Shown here: positions 51,019-61,044 of the stretch, one piece after another
Position numbering within the stretch: position 1 is the first letter of the stretch
Layout: each line of letters begins with the position of its first letter
DNA from: an uncultured Pseudomonadota bacterium
GTDB lineage: Bacteria; Oederibacteriota; Muellerivitia; Muellerivitales; Muellerivitaceae
Direction of reading: 5' to 3'
Assembly (NCBI GenBank): GCA_963836235.1
Contig: CAWIIP010000001.1
Coordinates: forward strand, 1 to 64,000
DNA: 64,000 nucleotides
Notes under the pieces: model-generated
What the model was told of the DNA's origin: nothing
What the model saw: only the letters and a program-made list of their open reading frames with translations
Database searches by the model: none
Program-made: the position numbers and the translations under genes

Positions 51019-51120
51019 TAAAACCGTTCCAACCGTTCAAAGCATCGGAAGCCTTCAGCTGTTTGTCGCCAGCCGTTGATCTTGAGTCGAGCCGTGACTT
51101 TAATTAGGTAAGGGGCAGGA

Positions 51121-53016
51121 ATGATCCAGTATTCGTGGTTGATACCCGTGATGCCGGCTTTGGCCTATGCGGTCATCATCTTTTTTACTCGTCGATCCAA
51201 GTCGCTTTCCGCCGCTATTTCCATTCTGACAATGGCCGCTTGTTTTTGCCTCTCCATAGGAGTCTTTTTGGAAATCGCCCAGCGGGATCCATCGCAACCT
51301 CTTCCCAACTTAACTTGGATCTGGTTGTCGGTTCCGCCTTGGGACGCCCACGTGGGCGTACTTATCGACCACCTGAGCGTGAACATGCTGTTGGTAGTGA
51401 CCTTAATCTCGCTGCTGGTGCAAATTTATTCCCTGGGCTATATGCATGATGATGAGCGGTTTTCGACCTATTATTCTTACCTCTCGCTTTTTACCGCTTC
51501 CATGCTGGTGCTGGTGGTTTCCAATAATTACCTCCAAATTTTCATTGGATGGGAGTTGGTGGGGCTTTGTTCCTATCTTTTAATCGGTTTCTGGTATTTC
51601 AAGCCCGAAGCGGCCAACGCCTGTAAAAAGGCCTTTGTCGTCAACCGCATTGGGGACATGGGGTTCCTGATGGGGGTCATTACCATTGGGATGATGTTCC
51701 AAACCTTCGATTTCGCGAAAGTTCAGGAACTTCTGACGCAGGAAATCGCGAAGGGCACCTTCCAAGGCAATCATTACATCGCCGGAATCGCCATCCTCCT
51801 TTTCTGTGGGGCGGTAGGGAAGAGCGCCCAGTTTCCGCTCCATGTTTGGCTTCCGGACGCCATGGAAGGCCCGACCCCAGTGTCCGCCCTTATCCACGCG
51901 GCTACCATGGTGGCGGCCGGGGTTTACATGGTTGCCCGGACCTACAGTATTTTCTCCGCGGACCCCTGGTCCATGACGGTCGTGGCCTGGGTTGGCGGAT
52001 TCACGGCTATCTTCGCCGCCTCCATCGCCTTGGCCCAAGACGACATCAAGCGCATCCTGGCCTATTCCACCTTGTCCCAATTGGGTTACATGATTATGTC
52101 CTTAGGGGCTGGGGGTTACACTTCCGGCATGTTTCACCTGACCACCCATGCCTGTTTCAAGGCCCTTTTGTTCCTCGGCGCCGGAAGCGTTATTCACGGG
52201 GTGCATAACCAGGATATTTGGAAGATGGGCGGCCTTTGGAACAAAATGAAAATTACGGCAGCTACTTTCCTCATCGCCAACCTGGCTATTTCCGGGATTC
52301 CCCCTTTCGCCGGTTTCTTCTCCAAAGACGCCATTTTGGATGCGGTCCACGAAAGCACCGTTCCGGGCCACGAGATTCTTTATTACGCCGCCGTTTTCAC
52401 GGCATTTCTCACTGCTTTTTACATGTTCCGGCTTTTCTTCGTGGTTTTTCTCGGGGAGCCGCGCGACCACCATGCCTACGACCATGCCCATGAGTCCCCG
52501 CTTACCATGACCGGGCCCCTCATGTTCCTGGCCTTTTTGTCCATCTGTATCGGTTGGTTGAATTGGCCGGGGTTGAATTACTATTCTAAGTTCGTTTTTT
52601 TCGGTCCGGGCAGCCCCGAAGGGGCTTCGAGCTTCCTTCAATTATTGGCGCAATCCTGGCTTTCGCTTTTGGTCGCCTTACTGGGTATCGGTTTGTCCGC
52701 CGCTTTTTATTACTTCAAAGTGTTCTCGGCCGAAAACGTCGCCCGGCAATTCCAGCCCATCTATCTTTTGTTGAAGAACAAATATTACTTTGACGAGATG
52801 TATGGTTGGTTCGTGGATAAGATCGTTTTTGGGATCGCTTCAGTTTTCCATTGGTTCGACGAAGTCGTTGTCGATGACGGCATGGTCGATGGGACGGGTT
52901 GGATCAACCGGAAAATGGGCAGCCTTTTCAGCCTGACCCAAACCGGCTATGTTCAAAATTACGCCTTGGTGATTTTCGGCGCGGTGGCCGTGATTTACCT
53001 GCTGGTTAGCTTCTAA
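51121..53016 (+). CDS. nuoL: NADH-quinone oxidoreductase subunit L
   Basis: GWELVGLCSYLLIGFW, NRIGD, GKSAQFPLHVWLPDAMEGPTPVSALIHAATMV, HACFKALLFL. Confidence 0.97.
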   Translation: MIQYSWLIPVMPALAYAVIIFFTRRSKSLSAAISILTMAACFCLSIGVFLEIAQRDPSQPLPNLTWIWLSVPPWDAHVGVLIDHLSVNMLLVVTLISLLVQIYSLGYMHDDERFSTYYSYLSLFTASMLVLVVSNNYLQIFIGWELVGLCSYLLIGFWYFKPEAANACKKAFVVNRIGDMGFLMGVITIGMMFQTFDFAKVQELLTQEIAKGTFQGNHYIAGIAILLFCGAVGKSAQFPLHVWLPDAMEGPTPVSALIHAATMVAAGVYMVARTYSIFSADPWSMTVVAWVGGFTAIFAASIALAQDDIKRILAYSTLSQLGYMIMSLGAGGYTSGMFHLTTHACFKALLFLGAGSVIHGVHNQDIWKMGGLWNKMKITAATFLIANLAISGIPPFAGFFSKDAILDAVHESTVPGHEILYYAAVFTAFLTAFYMFRLFFVVFLGEPRDHHAYDHAHESPLTMTGPLMFLAFLSICIGWLNWPGLNYYSKFVFFGPGSPEGASSFLQLLAQSWLSLLVALLGIGLSAAFYYFKVFSAENVARQFQPIYLLLKNKYYFDEMYGWFVDKIVFGIASVFHWFDEVVVDDGMVDGTGWINRKMGSLFSLTQTGYVQNYALVIFGAVAVIYLLVSF

Positions 53017-53036
53017 AACTCCGGAGGAAATAAAGA

Positions 53037-54617
53037 ATGCTTCCCGTACTCGCCACCATTTTGGTTCCTTTCGCAGCCATCTTTGCCCTTTTTTCTCAGG
53101 CTTCCGTCCATGGGCCGAATGTCTTGCCCCTCTTGACCACTTTTATCCTTATTCCCATTCTTTCCGCTTTTGCCATTATGGCCGCCCCCGAAAAATACAC
53201 TCGTTGGATCAGTCTTTTTATGGCTTCCCTCGAATTGGGAGTTGCCTTCAAGGTCTTCGCTCTTTATCAAACCACCGTGGGTGGATTTCAATTGGTGGAA
53301 GAAGTTCCCTGGCTGGGCAATTTTGGGATCAAATACCTTTTGGGCGTCGATGGAATGAGTACCTTGATGGTGTTTTTGGTCGGCTGCGTTTATTTCGCTG
53401 GGACACTCATTTCATGGAACGTCAGCCTCCGTAAAAAGGAATATTACGTCCTCTTTTCGCTTTTGGTCGGCGGAGTGGCCGGCGCTTATGAGAGCCTCGA
53501 CTTGTTCTTCTTCTTCCTCTTTTACGAGTTCGCCGTTTTGCCCATGTACCTCCTGGTCGGAATCTGGGGATCGGGCCGTAAGGAATACGCGGCCATGAAG
53601 CTGACCCTTATGCTCTTGGCCGGGTCGGCCTTCATGCTGGTGGGCTTCATCGCCATGTACTTCACTTCCAATGTCCATACTTTCGACATCCGCGTATTAG
53701 GTGACCTGTCTAAAACTGGCTTTAGCCCCGATTTCCAAAACATTTGGTTTCCCCTCCTTTTCCTCGGTTTCGGAGTCATCGCGGCCGTTTTTCCCTTTCA
53801 TACCTGGTCGCCTGATGGGTACGGTTCGGCTCCCACCGCCGCTTCCATGTTGCATGCGGGGGTTTTGAAGAGCCTGGGAGGATATAGCATCATTCGGGTC
53901 GCATTGCCGGCCATGCCCTTAGGGGCAAAACACTGGCTTCCCATTCTGGTTCTTTTGACCCTGGTCAATATTCTCTACGCCGCCTTGGTTGCCTTAAAAC
54001 AAAAGGACTTCAAGTATGTCATCGCTTATTCTTCCGTGTCTCATTGTGGCGCCATTCTTTTCGGCATTTGTACCCTCCAGGTCGCCGGTTTAAATGGGGC
54101 GGTCATCCAAACCCTTTCCCACGGAATCGTGGCGGCCATGACCTTCGCCTTAGTGGGGACGGTTTATGGCAAGGCCCACACGAGAGAACTAGCTAAGTTG
54201 GGCGGACTAGGAGCCTGCATGCCGGTTTTAGGCGGGCTTTTCGTGGCGGCGGCGATGGCCAACGTGGGATTACCCGGCTTAAGCGGTTTCGTGGGCGAGT
54301 TCCTTATTTTCCTGGGGTCCTACCGCAGCGGATACAACGGTGGATTCACGATCTTCCAAGTCCTTTTTCCCGTGGCCGTTCTAGCCATCGTCTTGACGGC
54401 TGTTTATTACCTTCGGCTTGTCCAAATGGTTTTTTATGGGCCTGTGAAGGATCCTCACTTTAAGGAAGAGGTTCATGATGGCACCTTCATCGAAATTCTG
54501 CCGATCGCTTTTCTCCTGGCCGTTTCGCTCGCTGTGGGTTTATACCCGAAACCCTTTGTCGATATGTCCAACGCGACCATCGCGCCCTTGATCGACTATA
54601 TCGGAGGATTCAAGTGA
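53037..54617 (+). CDS. nuoM: NADH-quinone oxidoreductase subunit M
   Basis: LGVDGMS, FFLFYEF, FPFHTWSPD, AYSSVSH, GLPGLSGFVGEF. Confidence 0.95.
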   Translation: MLPVLATILVPFAAIFALFSQASVHGPNVLPLLTTFILIPILSAFAIMAAPEKYTRWISLFMASLELGVAFKVFALYQTTVGGFQLVEEVPWLGNFGIKYLLGVDGMSTLMVFLVGCVYFAGTLISWNVSLRKKEYYVLFSLLVGGVAGAYESLDLFFFFLFYEFAVLPMYLLVGIWGSGRKEYAAMKLTLMLLAGSAFMLVGFIAMYFTSNVHTFDIRVLGDLSKTGFSPDFQNIWFPLLFLGFGVIAAVFPFHTWSPDGYGSAPTAASMLHAGVLKSLGGYSIIRVALPAMPLGAKHWLPILVLLTLVNILYAALVALKQKDFKYVIAYSSVSHCGAILFGICTLQVAGLNGAVIQTLSHGIVAAMTFALVGTVYGKAHTRELAKLGGLGACMPVLGGLFVAAAMANVGLPGLSGFVGEFLIFLGSYRSGYNGGFTIFQVLFPVAVLAIVLTAVYYLRLVQMVFYGPVKDPHFKEEVHDGTFIEILPIAFLLAVSLAVGLYPKPFVDMSNATIAPLIDYIGGFK

Positions 54618-56083
54618 TCCAAGTTTCTTCTTTCCTGCCGGAGCTTTGGCTGGTGTGCACGGCCATACTGATCCTGCTGGTGGAATTGTTTTCGGAAAGC
54701 GACTCGACCCGCCGGATGCTGAATAGGATCGCGGTTTTAGGCGTCTTGGGCGCCTTGGTCACCCTGCCTTGCGTGGGGGGGCTTTGTTGTTCCGCGGCCT
54801 GTACATTGGGGTCCTTTCCGACGGAAGCCTTCAATGGTTTCCTTAAAACGGATGGCTTGGCGGCTTTTTTCAAGATGATCGTGTTGCTCGGCACGCTTCT
54901 GACCCTTTTCATCACCTTCCGCTACTTCAAAAGCCGGCCCACCCATTACCCGGCCGAATTCCTGGCCGTTCTTTTGTTTTCGGCGGCGGGGGCCTCGGCT
55001 TTGGCCTCGGCTCAGGAAATCATCACTCTTTACGTTTCGTTGGAAACCCTGACGATCAGCAGTTATTTACTGGCGTCTTTTATGAAAAAAGACAAGGGAA
55101 GTAACGAGGCGGGAATGAAATACCTATTGCTGGGGGCCTTTTCCTCCGCCATCCTTTTGCTGGGCTTCTCTTATATATATGGCCTGACCGGGACGACGGT
55201 TATCGCCCAAATCGGAAAAAGTCTGGCGGCCCAGCCTTTCTCGCCCATGCTGGCCCTGGCGATCATCTTGGTGACCGGCGGTTTGGGTTTCAAGATATCG
55301 CTGGCGCCCTTCCATATGTGGACGCCCGACGTTTACGAAGGAGCCCCGACTCCCGTGACGGCCTTTCTTTCCGTGGTTTCCAAAACGGCGGGATTCGCGG
55401 CTTTTGTCCGTATCTTCTGGGTAGGGCTCTCCAATTCCTCCGCCGCGCCGGTTTGGGCGGGACTTTTCGCGGTCCTGGCGGCGATGAGCATTATCCTGGG
55501 CAATTTAGAAGCTATTCCCCAAAAAAACATCAAGCGCATGATGGCCTATTCCTCTATCGCCCAAGCTGGGTACATTTCAACGGGTTTCCTGGCGGGAGGG
55601 CAACTGGGCCTGACAGCGGTCCTCTTTTACCTCTTTGTCTATCTATTCGCCAACATGGGGGCCTTCCTGGCGATCGTGATTGTTTCCGGTAAAACAGGCA
55701 GCGACCAAATCGAGGATTTCGCCGGCATGTGGAAAAGATCCCCCCTGATAGGGGTTGTCCTGCTGGTATGCCTTCTTTCCCTCGCGGGAGTGCCGCCCTT
55801 CGCTGGTTTTTCGGGAAAGTGGTACTTATTCGGCGCCGCCATCCACATGGGGTACACTTGGCTGGCACTGGTGGGAATGGTTTTCAGCGTGGTATCCCTT
55901 TACTATTACCTGCAGGTGGTACGCCAGGCCCTGATGGTGGATGCCAAGGATTCCTCGCCCATCGAAATGAACCTTATCGAAAAAGTGATCTTGGTGGTCT
56001 GCATTGTTTCCACCGTTACCTTCGGTTTCTGGCCGACGCCCATCATGGATATGGCCCAAGCGGCTTCCACAGCCCTGTTTTAA
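54614..56083 (+). CDS. nuoN: NADH-quinone oxidoreductase subunit N
   Basis: EAGMKYLLLGA, GFKISLAPFHMWTPDVYEGAPTP, KRMMAYSSIAQAGY, SLAGVPPFAGF. Confidence 0.96.
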   Translation: MIQVSSFLPELWLVCTAILILLVELFSESDSTRRMLNRIAVLGVLGALVTLPCVGGLCCSAACTLGSFPTEAFNGFLKTDGLAAFFKMIVLLGTLLTLFITFRYFKSRPTHYPAEFLAVLLFSAAGASALASAQEIITLYVSLETLTISSYLLASFMKKDKGSNEAGMKYLLLGAFSSAILLLGFSYIYGLTGTTVIAQIGKSLAAQPFSPMLALAIILVTGGLGFKISLAPFHMWTPDVYEGAPTPVTAFLSVVSKTAGFAAFVRIFWVGLSNSSAAPVWAGLFAVLAAMSIILGNLEAIPQKNIKRMMAYSSIAQAGYISTGFLAGGQLGLTAVLFYLFVYLFANMGAFLAIVIVSGKTGSDQIEDFAGMWKRSPLIGVVLLVCLLSLAGVPPFAGFSGKWYLFGAAIHMGYTWLALVGMVFSVVSLYYYLQVVRQALMVDAKDSSPIEMNLIEKVILVVCIVSTVTFGFWPTPIMDMAQAASTALF

Positions 56084-56104
56084 AAGTTTTTATCCCGCGG
56101 GTTT

Positions 56105-56135
56105 AAACCTCCGGCTTTCCGCCGGGGGTTTTTTT
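56105..56135 (+). terminator. Intrinsic terminator of the nuo operon
   Basis: AAACCTCCGGC-TTTCC-GCCGGGGGTTT followed by TTTT. Confidence 0.85.
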
Positions 56136-56253
56136 GTTTCTGGAGATTTCATCATGTCCCCTTTTGAGACGAGCGGGAAAGTTGTTTCAAAGTATAAAAA
56201 ACGGTAGAGTGGTCGGGTTTGAGGGAGGTAGCGTCCTTTCGAGGGAGAATGCG

Positions 56254-57072
56254 ATGATGACTAATGGATTATTAGGAGCGGTGTTTTTCTTTTATGCTTT
56301 CAGCAGTTTTTACGCCTTCCGCTATTACCGCGGCCTGGACGAAGGTTCGGACCGATTGGCGGTCCGATGGCTATTAGCTGGATTCTTTTTCCAAGGGCTA
56401 CTGCTGACGGCCCAATGGATGACGGATGGCTACGCCCCCCTGGTCACCCTTGAGGGCATTTTAACCGCCTTCTCCTTTTCGCTGGCAGCGGCTTTGCTCT
56501 TGGGTCGCCTCAAAACACCGGTACCGGTACTGACGTCGCTCTTCCTGCCTTTCATCCTCTTGGTAGCTCTCCTGGCCTTTTGGCTGGGCTTCAAGCCTAC
56601 GGCCCTGATGGACAGCCGTTTAATGACTCCTGGAATGGCCAGCCATATTTTCCTCACCTTCATGGGTTTTTCCCATTTCACCTTAGGGTTCGGCGTGGGA
56701 GTGGCTTTTTGGGTCCAAGAAGGGCAATTAAAGCAGCATCAGGTCAAAAGCTGGAGCTACCGCCTCCCGGCGCTCGAGGCTTTGGACCGATTGACCGTTT
56801 ACTACATCGGACTGGGTTTTCTCTTCTGGCTCCTGGGGTTGTGGCTGGGAGCCGTCCAGGCTATCCAGGTTTGGAATCGGCTTCCCTTGGCGGATCCAAA
56901 AATCCTGGGCTCTTTCCTGGTTCTCATTATTTACGCCGGTTTCTTCCTGCTTCGATGGGGTTTTCGGATGAGGGGAAGAAAGTCCATGGTGCTGGTGATG
57001 GCGGGTTACCTCCTGGCCCTTTTTACCTTTGTGGGTGTCCGCGTCTTTTTAACCACCCAGCACGTACTTTAA
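56254..57072 (+). CDS. CcsA/HemX-family cytochrome c assembly membrane protein
   Basis: About 8 TMs, SHI, RLPALEALDRL, DPKI, MRGRK, terminal His; directly upstream of hemA; GGGAG RBS. Confidence 0.82.
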   Translation: MMTNGLLGAVFFFYAFSSFYAFRYYRGLDEGSDRLAVRWLLAGFFFQGLLLTAQWMTDGYAPLVTLEGILTAFSFSLAAALLLGRLKTPVPVLTSLFLPFILLVALLAFWLGFKPTALMDSRLMTPGMASHIFLTFMGFSHFTLGFGVGVAFWVQEGQLKQHQVKSWSYRLPALEALDRLTVYYIGLGFLFWLLGLWLGAVQAIQVWNRLPLADPKILGSFLVLIIYAGFFLLRWGFRMRGRKSMVLVMAGYLLALFTFVGVRVFLTTQHVL

Positions 57073-57084
57073 GGCAAGGTCCCC

Positions 57085-58347
57085 ATGAAGTTTATCGCCT
57101 ACGGATTAAACCACACGACGGCCCCCCTCGCGGTCAGGGAAAAATACGCCCTCCCGCCGGAAAAAGTTATGGAAGTTCTTCGGGGCCTGAAGACCCATTC
57201 GGCGGAAACGGTTTTTCTTTCCACTTGTAACCGGGTGGAATTTTATCTTTCCCCTGAACATGACGAAAATTGCCTGACCGAAATCCGCGACACACTGGGA
57301 AAGTTCCACCGTTTAAAACCGGCGGAGGTTAAGAAATATTTTTACCTTCACGAGGGCCCGGAGGCTTTTTTACACCTCTTCCGGGTGGCCTCCTCACTGG
57401 ATTCCATGGTGGTGGGGGAAGCCCAAATCCTGGGCCAGGTGAAAGAGGCCTTTCAGGAATCCCGGCAGGCCGGGCTGGCCGGCGCGGCTTTCCACGGTAT
57501 TTTCGACCGGGCCTTCACCGCGGCCAAAAGGGTTCGCTCCCAAACCGAAATAGCCCGGATGCCGGTGAATGTCTCCAGCGTGGCGGTGGACTTGGCCCGG
57601 AAAATCTTTACCACCATTTCAGAGCACTCGGCCCTGCTGTTAGGCGCGGGCGAAATGGGGGAATTGACAGCCAAATACCTGGTGGACGCGGGGGTGAATG
57701 ATTTTTTTATCGCCAACCGGACCTTGGAAAAGGCCGAAGCCCTGGCCTCCAAAATGGGTGGGAAAGCCTTGCCATTAACGGAAAGCCTGAAAAAGATCGA
57801 ACAGGTCGATATCATCCTGGCTTCCCTTGGGGGAGGTTCTTCCTGGCTTAAAAAGAAGGAAGTCGAACAGGCGATGAGGAACCGCAAAGGAAGGCCCCTT
57901 TTCATCATCGACATCGGGGTGCCACGGAATGTCGAACCTGAAACGGGTAAGATTGAATCCGTCTACCTTTATAACATTGATGACCTCTCCGCGATCGCCG
58001 AAGGAAACCGAGGCCAAAGGCAAATGGCGGTTGAGACCGCCGAATCGATTCTCCGGGAAGAGGTCAACAAGCTTTGCGACTGGCTGACGGGGTTGGAACT
58101 GGTTCCAACCGTCGTCAAGCTTCGGCAACATTTCGAGGGAATCCGCCAATCCGAATTGGCGGATTTTATGGAAAAGAACGGTCAGTTGAGTGAAAAGGAC
58201 CGAAAGGCCGTTGACCGGCTGACCCATGATTTGACCGCAAAGCTTTTACACGATCCTTCCGTTAACCTGAAGGGCATCGCCAATGAGACGGACCGGTTTG
58301 AGTTTGCCCGGATGCTGAACGAAATTTTCTTGAAAAAGGACCATTAA
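57085..58347 (+). CDS. hemA: Glutamyl-tRNA reductase
   Basis: GLNHTTAP, LSTCNRVE, SLDSMVVGEAQILGQVK, GAGEMG, DIGVPRNV. Confidence 0.97.
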   Translation: MKFIAYGLNHTTAPLAVREKYALPPEKVMEVLRGLKTHSAETVFLSTCNRVEFYLSPEHDENCLTEIRDTLGKFHRLKPAEVKKYFYLHEGPEAFLHLFRVASSLDSMVVGEAQILGQVKEAFQESRQAGLAGAAFHGIFDRAFTAAKRVRSQTEIARMPVNVSSVAVDLARKIFTTISEHSALLLGAGEMGELTAKYLVDAGVNDFFIANRTLEKAEALASKMGGKALPLTESLKKIEQVDIILASLGGGSSWLKKKEVEQAMRNRKGRPLFIIDIGVPRNVEPETGKIESVYLYNIDDLSAIAEGNRGQRQMAVETAESILREEVNKLCDWLTGLELVPTVVKLRQHFEGIRQSELADFMEKNGQLSEKDRKAVDRLTHDLTAKLLHDPSVNLKGIANETDRFEFARMLNEIFLKKDH

Positions 58348-58483
58348 CAGGATGTTGAAAAAGTCCGAAATCGAACTTTTTCCTTTTATGAACGAGCCAC
58401 GGATCATATAAACCATATTTTAAGTGGCTCTTTCTATTCCATGGCTGTCGACAGGGCGCTGAAAATGCTTTTTCAGCACTCTG
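58348..58483. mobile_element. MITE-like non-autonomous element (136 bp) flanked by TTAA
   Basis: Left end CAGGATGTTGAAAAAG (58348-58363) versus right-end reverse complement CAGAGTGCTGAAAAAG (58468-58483), 13/16 match. TTAA at 58344-58347 and 58484-58487; no transposase. Confidence 0.7.
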
Positions 58484-58511
58484 TTAAAATCCAGGATAAG
58501 ATGGGCATTCC

Positions 58512-59441
58512 ATGATACTGATAGGCACCCGAGGCAGCCAATTAGCCCTGACCCAGGCGGAAGGGGTCCGTTCGCAGATTGCCCTTTTATTCCCCGGCGA
58601 AGAGGTTCGACTGGAAGTGGTGAAAACCCTGGGGGACCGTCTTTCCGCGAAGGAAGCCGCCGAGGAAAGGGAGGAACCCCCGCAGGGGCTCTTTACCAAA
58701 GAATTGGATGAGGCCCTTCTTTTGGGCCGCATTCGGGCCGCCATCCATAGCTTGAAGGACGTGCCGACAATCCTTCCCGCCGGAATCGGTTATGGAGCCT
58801 TCGTCAAGCGTGAGGACCCCAGGGATGTTTTGATCTCCAAATCAGGCTCTAAATTCTTTGAGTTACCTGCTGGTTCAGTTGTGGGCACCGGATCTCCCCG
58901 CCGGGAAGCGCAAATCCGGGCGGTCCGCTCCGACCTCAAGGTGGCGCCCCTGCGGGGGAACGTCGATACGCGCCTGCGAAAGCTGAGAGAAGGGGAATAT
59001 GACGCCATCGTCATCGCGGCGGCGGGGCTGAAACGCCTGGGAAGGGGAAACGAAGCCACCGAGTTCCTCGATCCCGAAGTCATCCTTTCCGCCCCCGCCC
59101 AGGGAGTGCTTTGCGTGACGCTGCGGGAGAACGACCAGGCATTCATCAAGGCGCTTGAGCCTTTGGACGACAGGCCCACCCGAATTTGCGCGGAGGCCGA
59201 AAGATCTTTTTTAAGGACTTTACAAGGGGGCTGCCGCATCCCGGTGGGGGCATTGGCCAGCGTGGAAGGGGAAACGCTCCATCTTTCGGGGGTCATCGCC
59301 CATCCGAATGGCGAACAGATCATGCGCCACAGCCGAAAAGGCTCCATTCAACGGCCCAAAGAATTAGGGGACGAATTGGCCCGGCATTTTTTAGCCCAGG
59401 GGGCCCAAGAAATTTTAAACGGCTTTGGCCGGACGACTTAG
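58512..59441 (+). CDS. hemC: Hydroxymethylbilane synthase
   Basis: IGTRGSQLALTQ, GLFTKELD, HSLKDVP, SPRR, LRGNVDTRL, GGCRIPVG. Confidence 0.97.
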   Translation: MILIGTRGSQLALTQAEGVRSQIALLFPGEEVRLEVVKTLGDRLSAKEAAEEREEPPQGLFTKELDEALLLGRIRAAIHSLKDVPTILPAGIGYGAFVKREDPRDVLISKSGSKFFELPAGSVVGTGSPRREAQIRAVRSDLKVAPLRGNVDTRLRKLREGEYDAIVIAAAGLKRLGRGNEATEFLDPEVILSAPAQGVLCVTLRENDQAFIKALEPLDDRPTRICAEAERSFLRTLQGGCRIPVGALASVEGETLHLSGVIAHPNGEQIMRHSRKGSIQRPKELGDELARHFLAQGAQEILNGFGRTT

Positions 59442-59465
59442 TGAGTTTTTAAGTTTAGGGAGCTT

Positions 59466-61001
59466 ATGAATCCAGGCAAAGTTTATCTCGTCGGCGCCGG
59501 GCCGGGTGATCCGGGCCTCTTGACCTTGAAAGGAAAAGAAATCCTTTCCCAGGCGGATGTGGTCGTCTATGACGCGCTGGTGCATCCTAAAATCCTGGAA
59601 TTTATCCCCAAAGGCGCCCGGAAAATATTCCGCGGAAGCCGGGGCAAATCAGGCGCCATGAAGCAGGCCCAAATCAACGCTCTTTTGGTCCGGTTGGCGT
59701 CGCGGGGGAAAAAAGTGGTTCGTTTGAAAGGCGGGGACCCTTTTGTTTTTGGAAGAGGAGCCGAGGAAATCATGGCCTTAGCGGATAAAAAAATACCCTT
59801 TGAGGTTGTTCCGGGCGTCACCTCGTCGGTCGCGGTTCCGGCTTACGCGGGCATCCCGGTGACCCACCGCGACTTGAACTCCTCGTTTACGGTTGTGACG
59901 GGCCACGAGGACCCATCGAGAGAAAATAGCCAATTGGATTGGACTCATTTGGCCCAGGACCGGGGAACCCTAATTTTTTTAATGGGACTTCATGCCCTTC
60001 CGGCGCTTTGCCGCCGTTTGATCGAGGAAGGTAAAAACCCACGGACACCAGCGGCGGTTATTCAAAGCGGCACAACCGTCCGGCAAAAGACGCTGGTTGG
60101 AACTTTGGAGAATCTACCCGAGCTCGCTAAAAAAGCGGATTTTCAACCTCCGGCCACGGTGGTGGTGGGTGAAGTGGTGAATTTGAGGCCAAAACTCGAT
60201 TGGCTTTCCCAAAAACCTCTCCGGGGTTTGCGAGTCCTGGTGACCCGGAACCAGGCGAAAGCCGGTTATCTCTCGGGCCTTCTTTCGGAAGAGGGTGCGG
60301 AAGTGGTTCCCATCGCCACCTTTGAGATCAAACCGCTTTCGTTAGACCGGCAGGGCAAAGAAGTCATCCATCGAAGCGGGAAATATGACTGGATCGTTTT
60401 CTCCAGCGTGAACGCGGTCGAATATTTCTTTGGGCATTTGTTAAAAGCGGGAATGACCGCCGGGGATTTAAAGACCGTCAAAATAGCTTGTATTGGGGAG
60501 GCCACCGCCAAGGCGGTGAAAGCTTTCGGGCACAAGGCGGCTTTGGTTCCGAACGACTATAAGCAGGAAGGTTTGGTGAAGGCTTTTCAAAGCATTTCCT
60601 TGAAAGGAAAGCGGGTTTTATTCGCCCGGGCTAAGGAAGGGCGGGACTTGTTGGTCAAGTTTTTCAAAAAGAAGAAAATTCATTGCGATCTTTTGGCGCT
60701 TTATGAAAACCAAGTCCCATCAGGGGCCCGGAAAGAACTCCAGGAATTGTTCTTGAAAGGTGGAGGGGTGGATTTACTGACTTTCGCTTCCTCTTCGGCC
60801 GTGGACCACTTTTACAGTCTTTTCAGCCCAGCCCAAAGAAAGAAATGGCTTGTCCGGGTTCCCGTGGCGGTCATCGGCCCGGTGACGGCGGCCTCCGTCA
60901 AGAAATGGGGCGGCAAAGTGGCCGTCCAGCCGGCCAAATACACCATGCCCGACCTTGTGGCGGCTATTGTCAAATGGGCGGGCAAGCGATCTAATTCTTA
61001 G
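59466..61001 (+). CDS. cobA: Uroporphyrinogen-III C-methyltransferase / uroporphyrinogen-III synthase fusion (CobA-HemD)
   Basis: LVGAGPGDPGLLT, RLKGGDPFVFGRGAEE, GIPVTHR; then VLVTR, FSSVNAV, IGEATA, FASSSAV, IGPVTA. Confidence 0.94.
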   Translation: MNPGKVYLVGAGPGDPGLLTLKGKEILSQADVVVYDALVHPKILEFIPKGARKIFRGSRGKSGAMKQAQINALLVRLASRGKKVVRLKGGDPFVFGRGAEEIMALADKKIPFEVVPGVTSSVAVPAYAGIPVTHRDLNSSFTVVTGHEDPSRENSQLDWTHLAQDRGTLIFLMGLHALPALCRRLIEEGKNPRTPAAVIQSGTTVRQKTLVGTLENLPELAKKADFQPPATVVVGEVVNLRPKLDWLSQKPLRGLRVLVTRNQAKAGYLSGLLSEEGAEVVPIATFEIKPLSLDRQGKEVIHRSGKYDWIVFSSVNAVEYFFGHLLKAGMTAGDLKTVKIACIGEATAKAVKAFGHKAALVPNDYKQEGLVKAFQSISLKGKRVLFARAKEGRDLLVKFFKKKKIHCDLLALYENQVPSGARKELQELFLKGGGVDLLTFASSSAVDHFYSLFSPAQRKKWLVRVPVAVIGPVTAASVKKWGGKVAVQPAKYTMPDLVAAIVKWAGKRSNS

Positions 61002-61044
61002 TCTAAGAGCCCTTTCGACGTTAAAATACAGCCCGGAGAAAACC

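Noticed and set aside
51019-51120. nuoK-nuoL spacer with AACCGTTC twice as a mobile-element remnant
   Set aside because: Only an 8-bp direct repeat, with no terminal inverted repeats.
45948-56083. Group 4 NiFe hydrogenase or Mrp antiporter interpretation
   Set aside because: NuoD lacks both CxxC Ni-binding motifs, and nuoA/J/K are present in complex I order.
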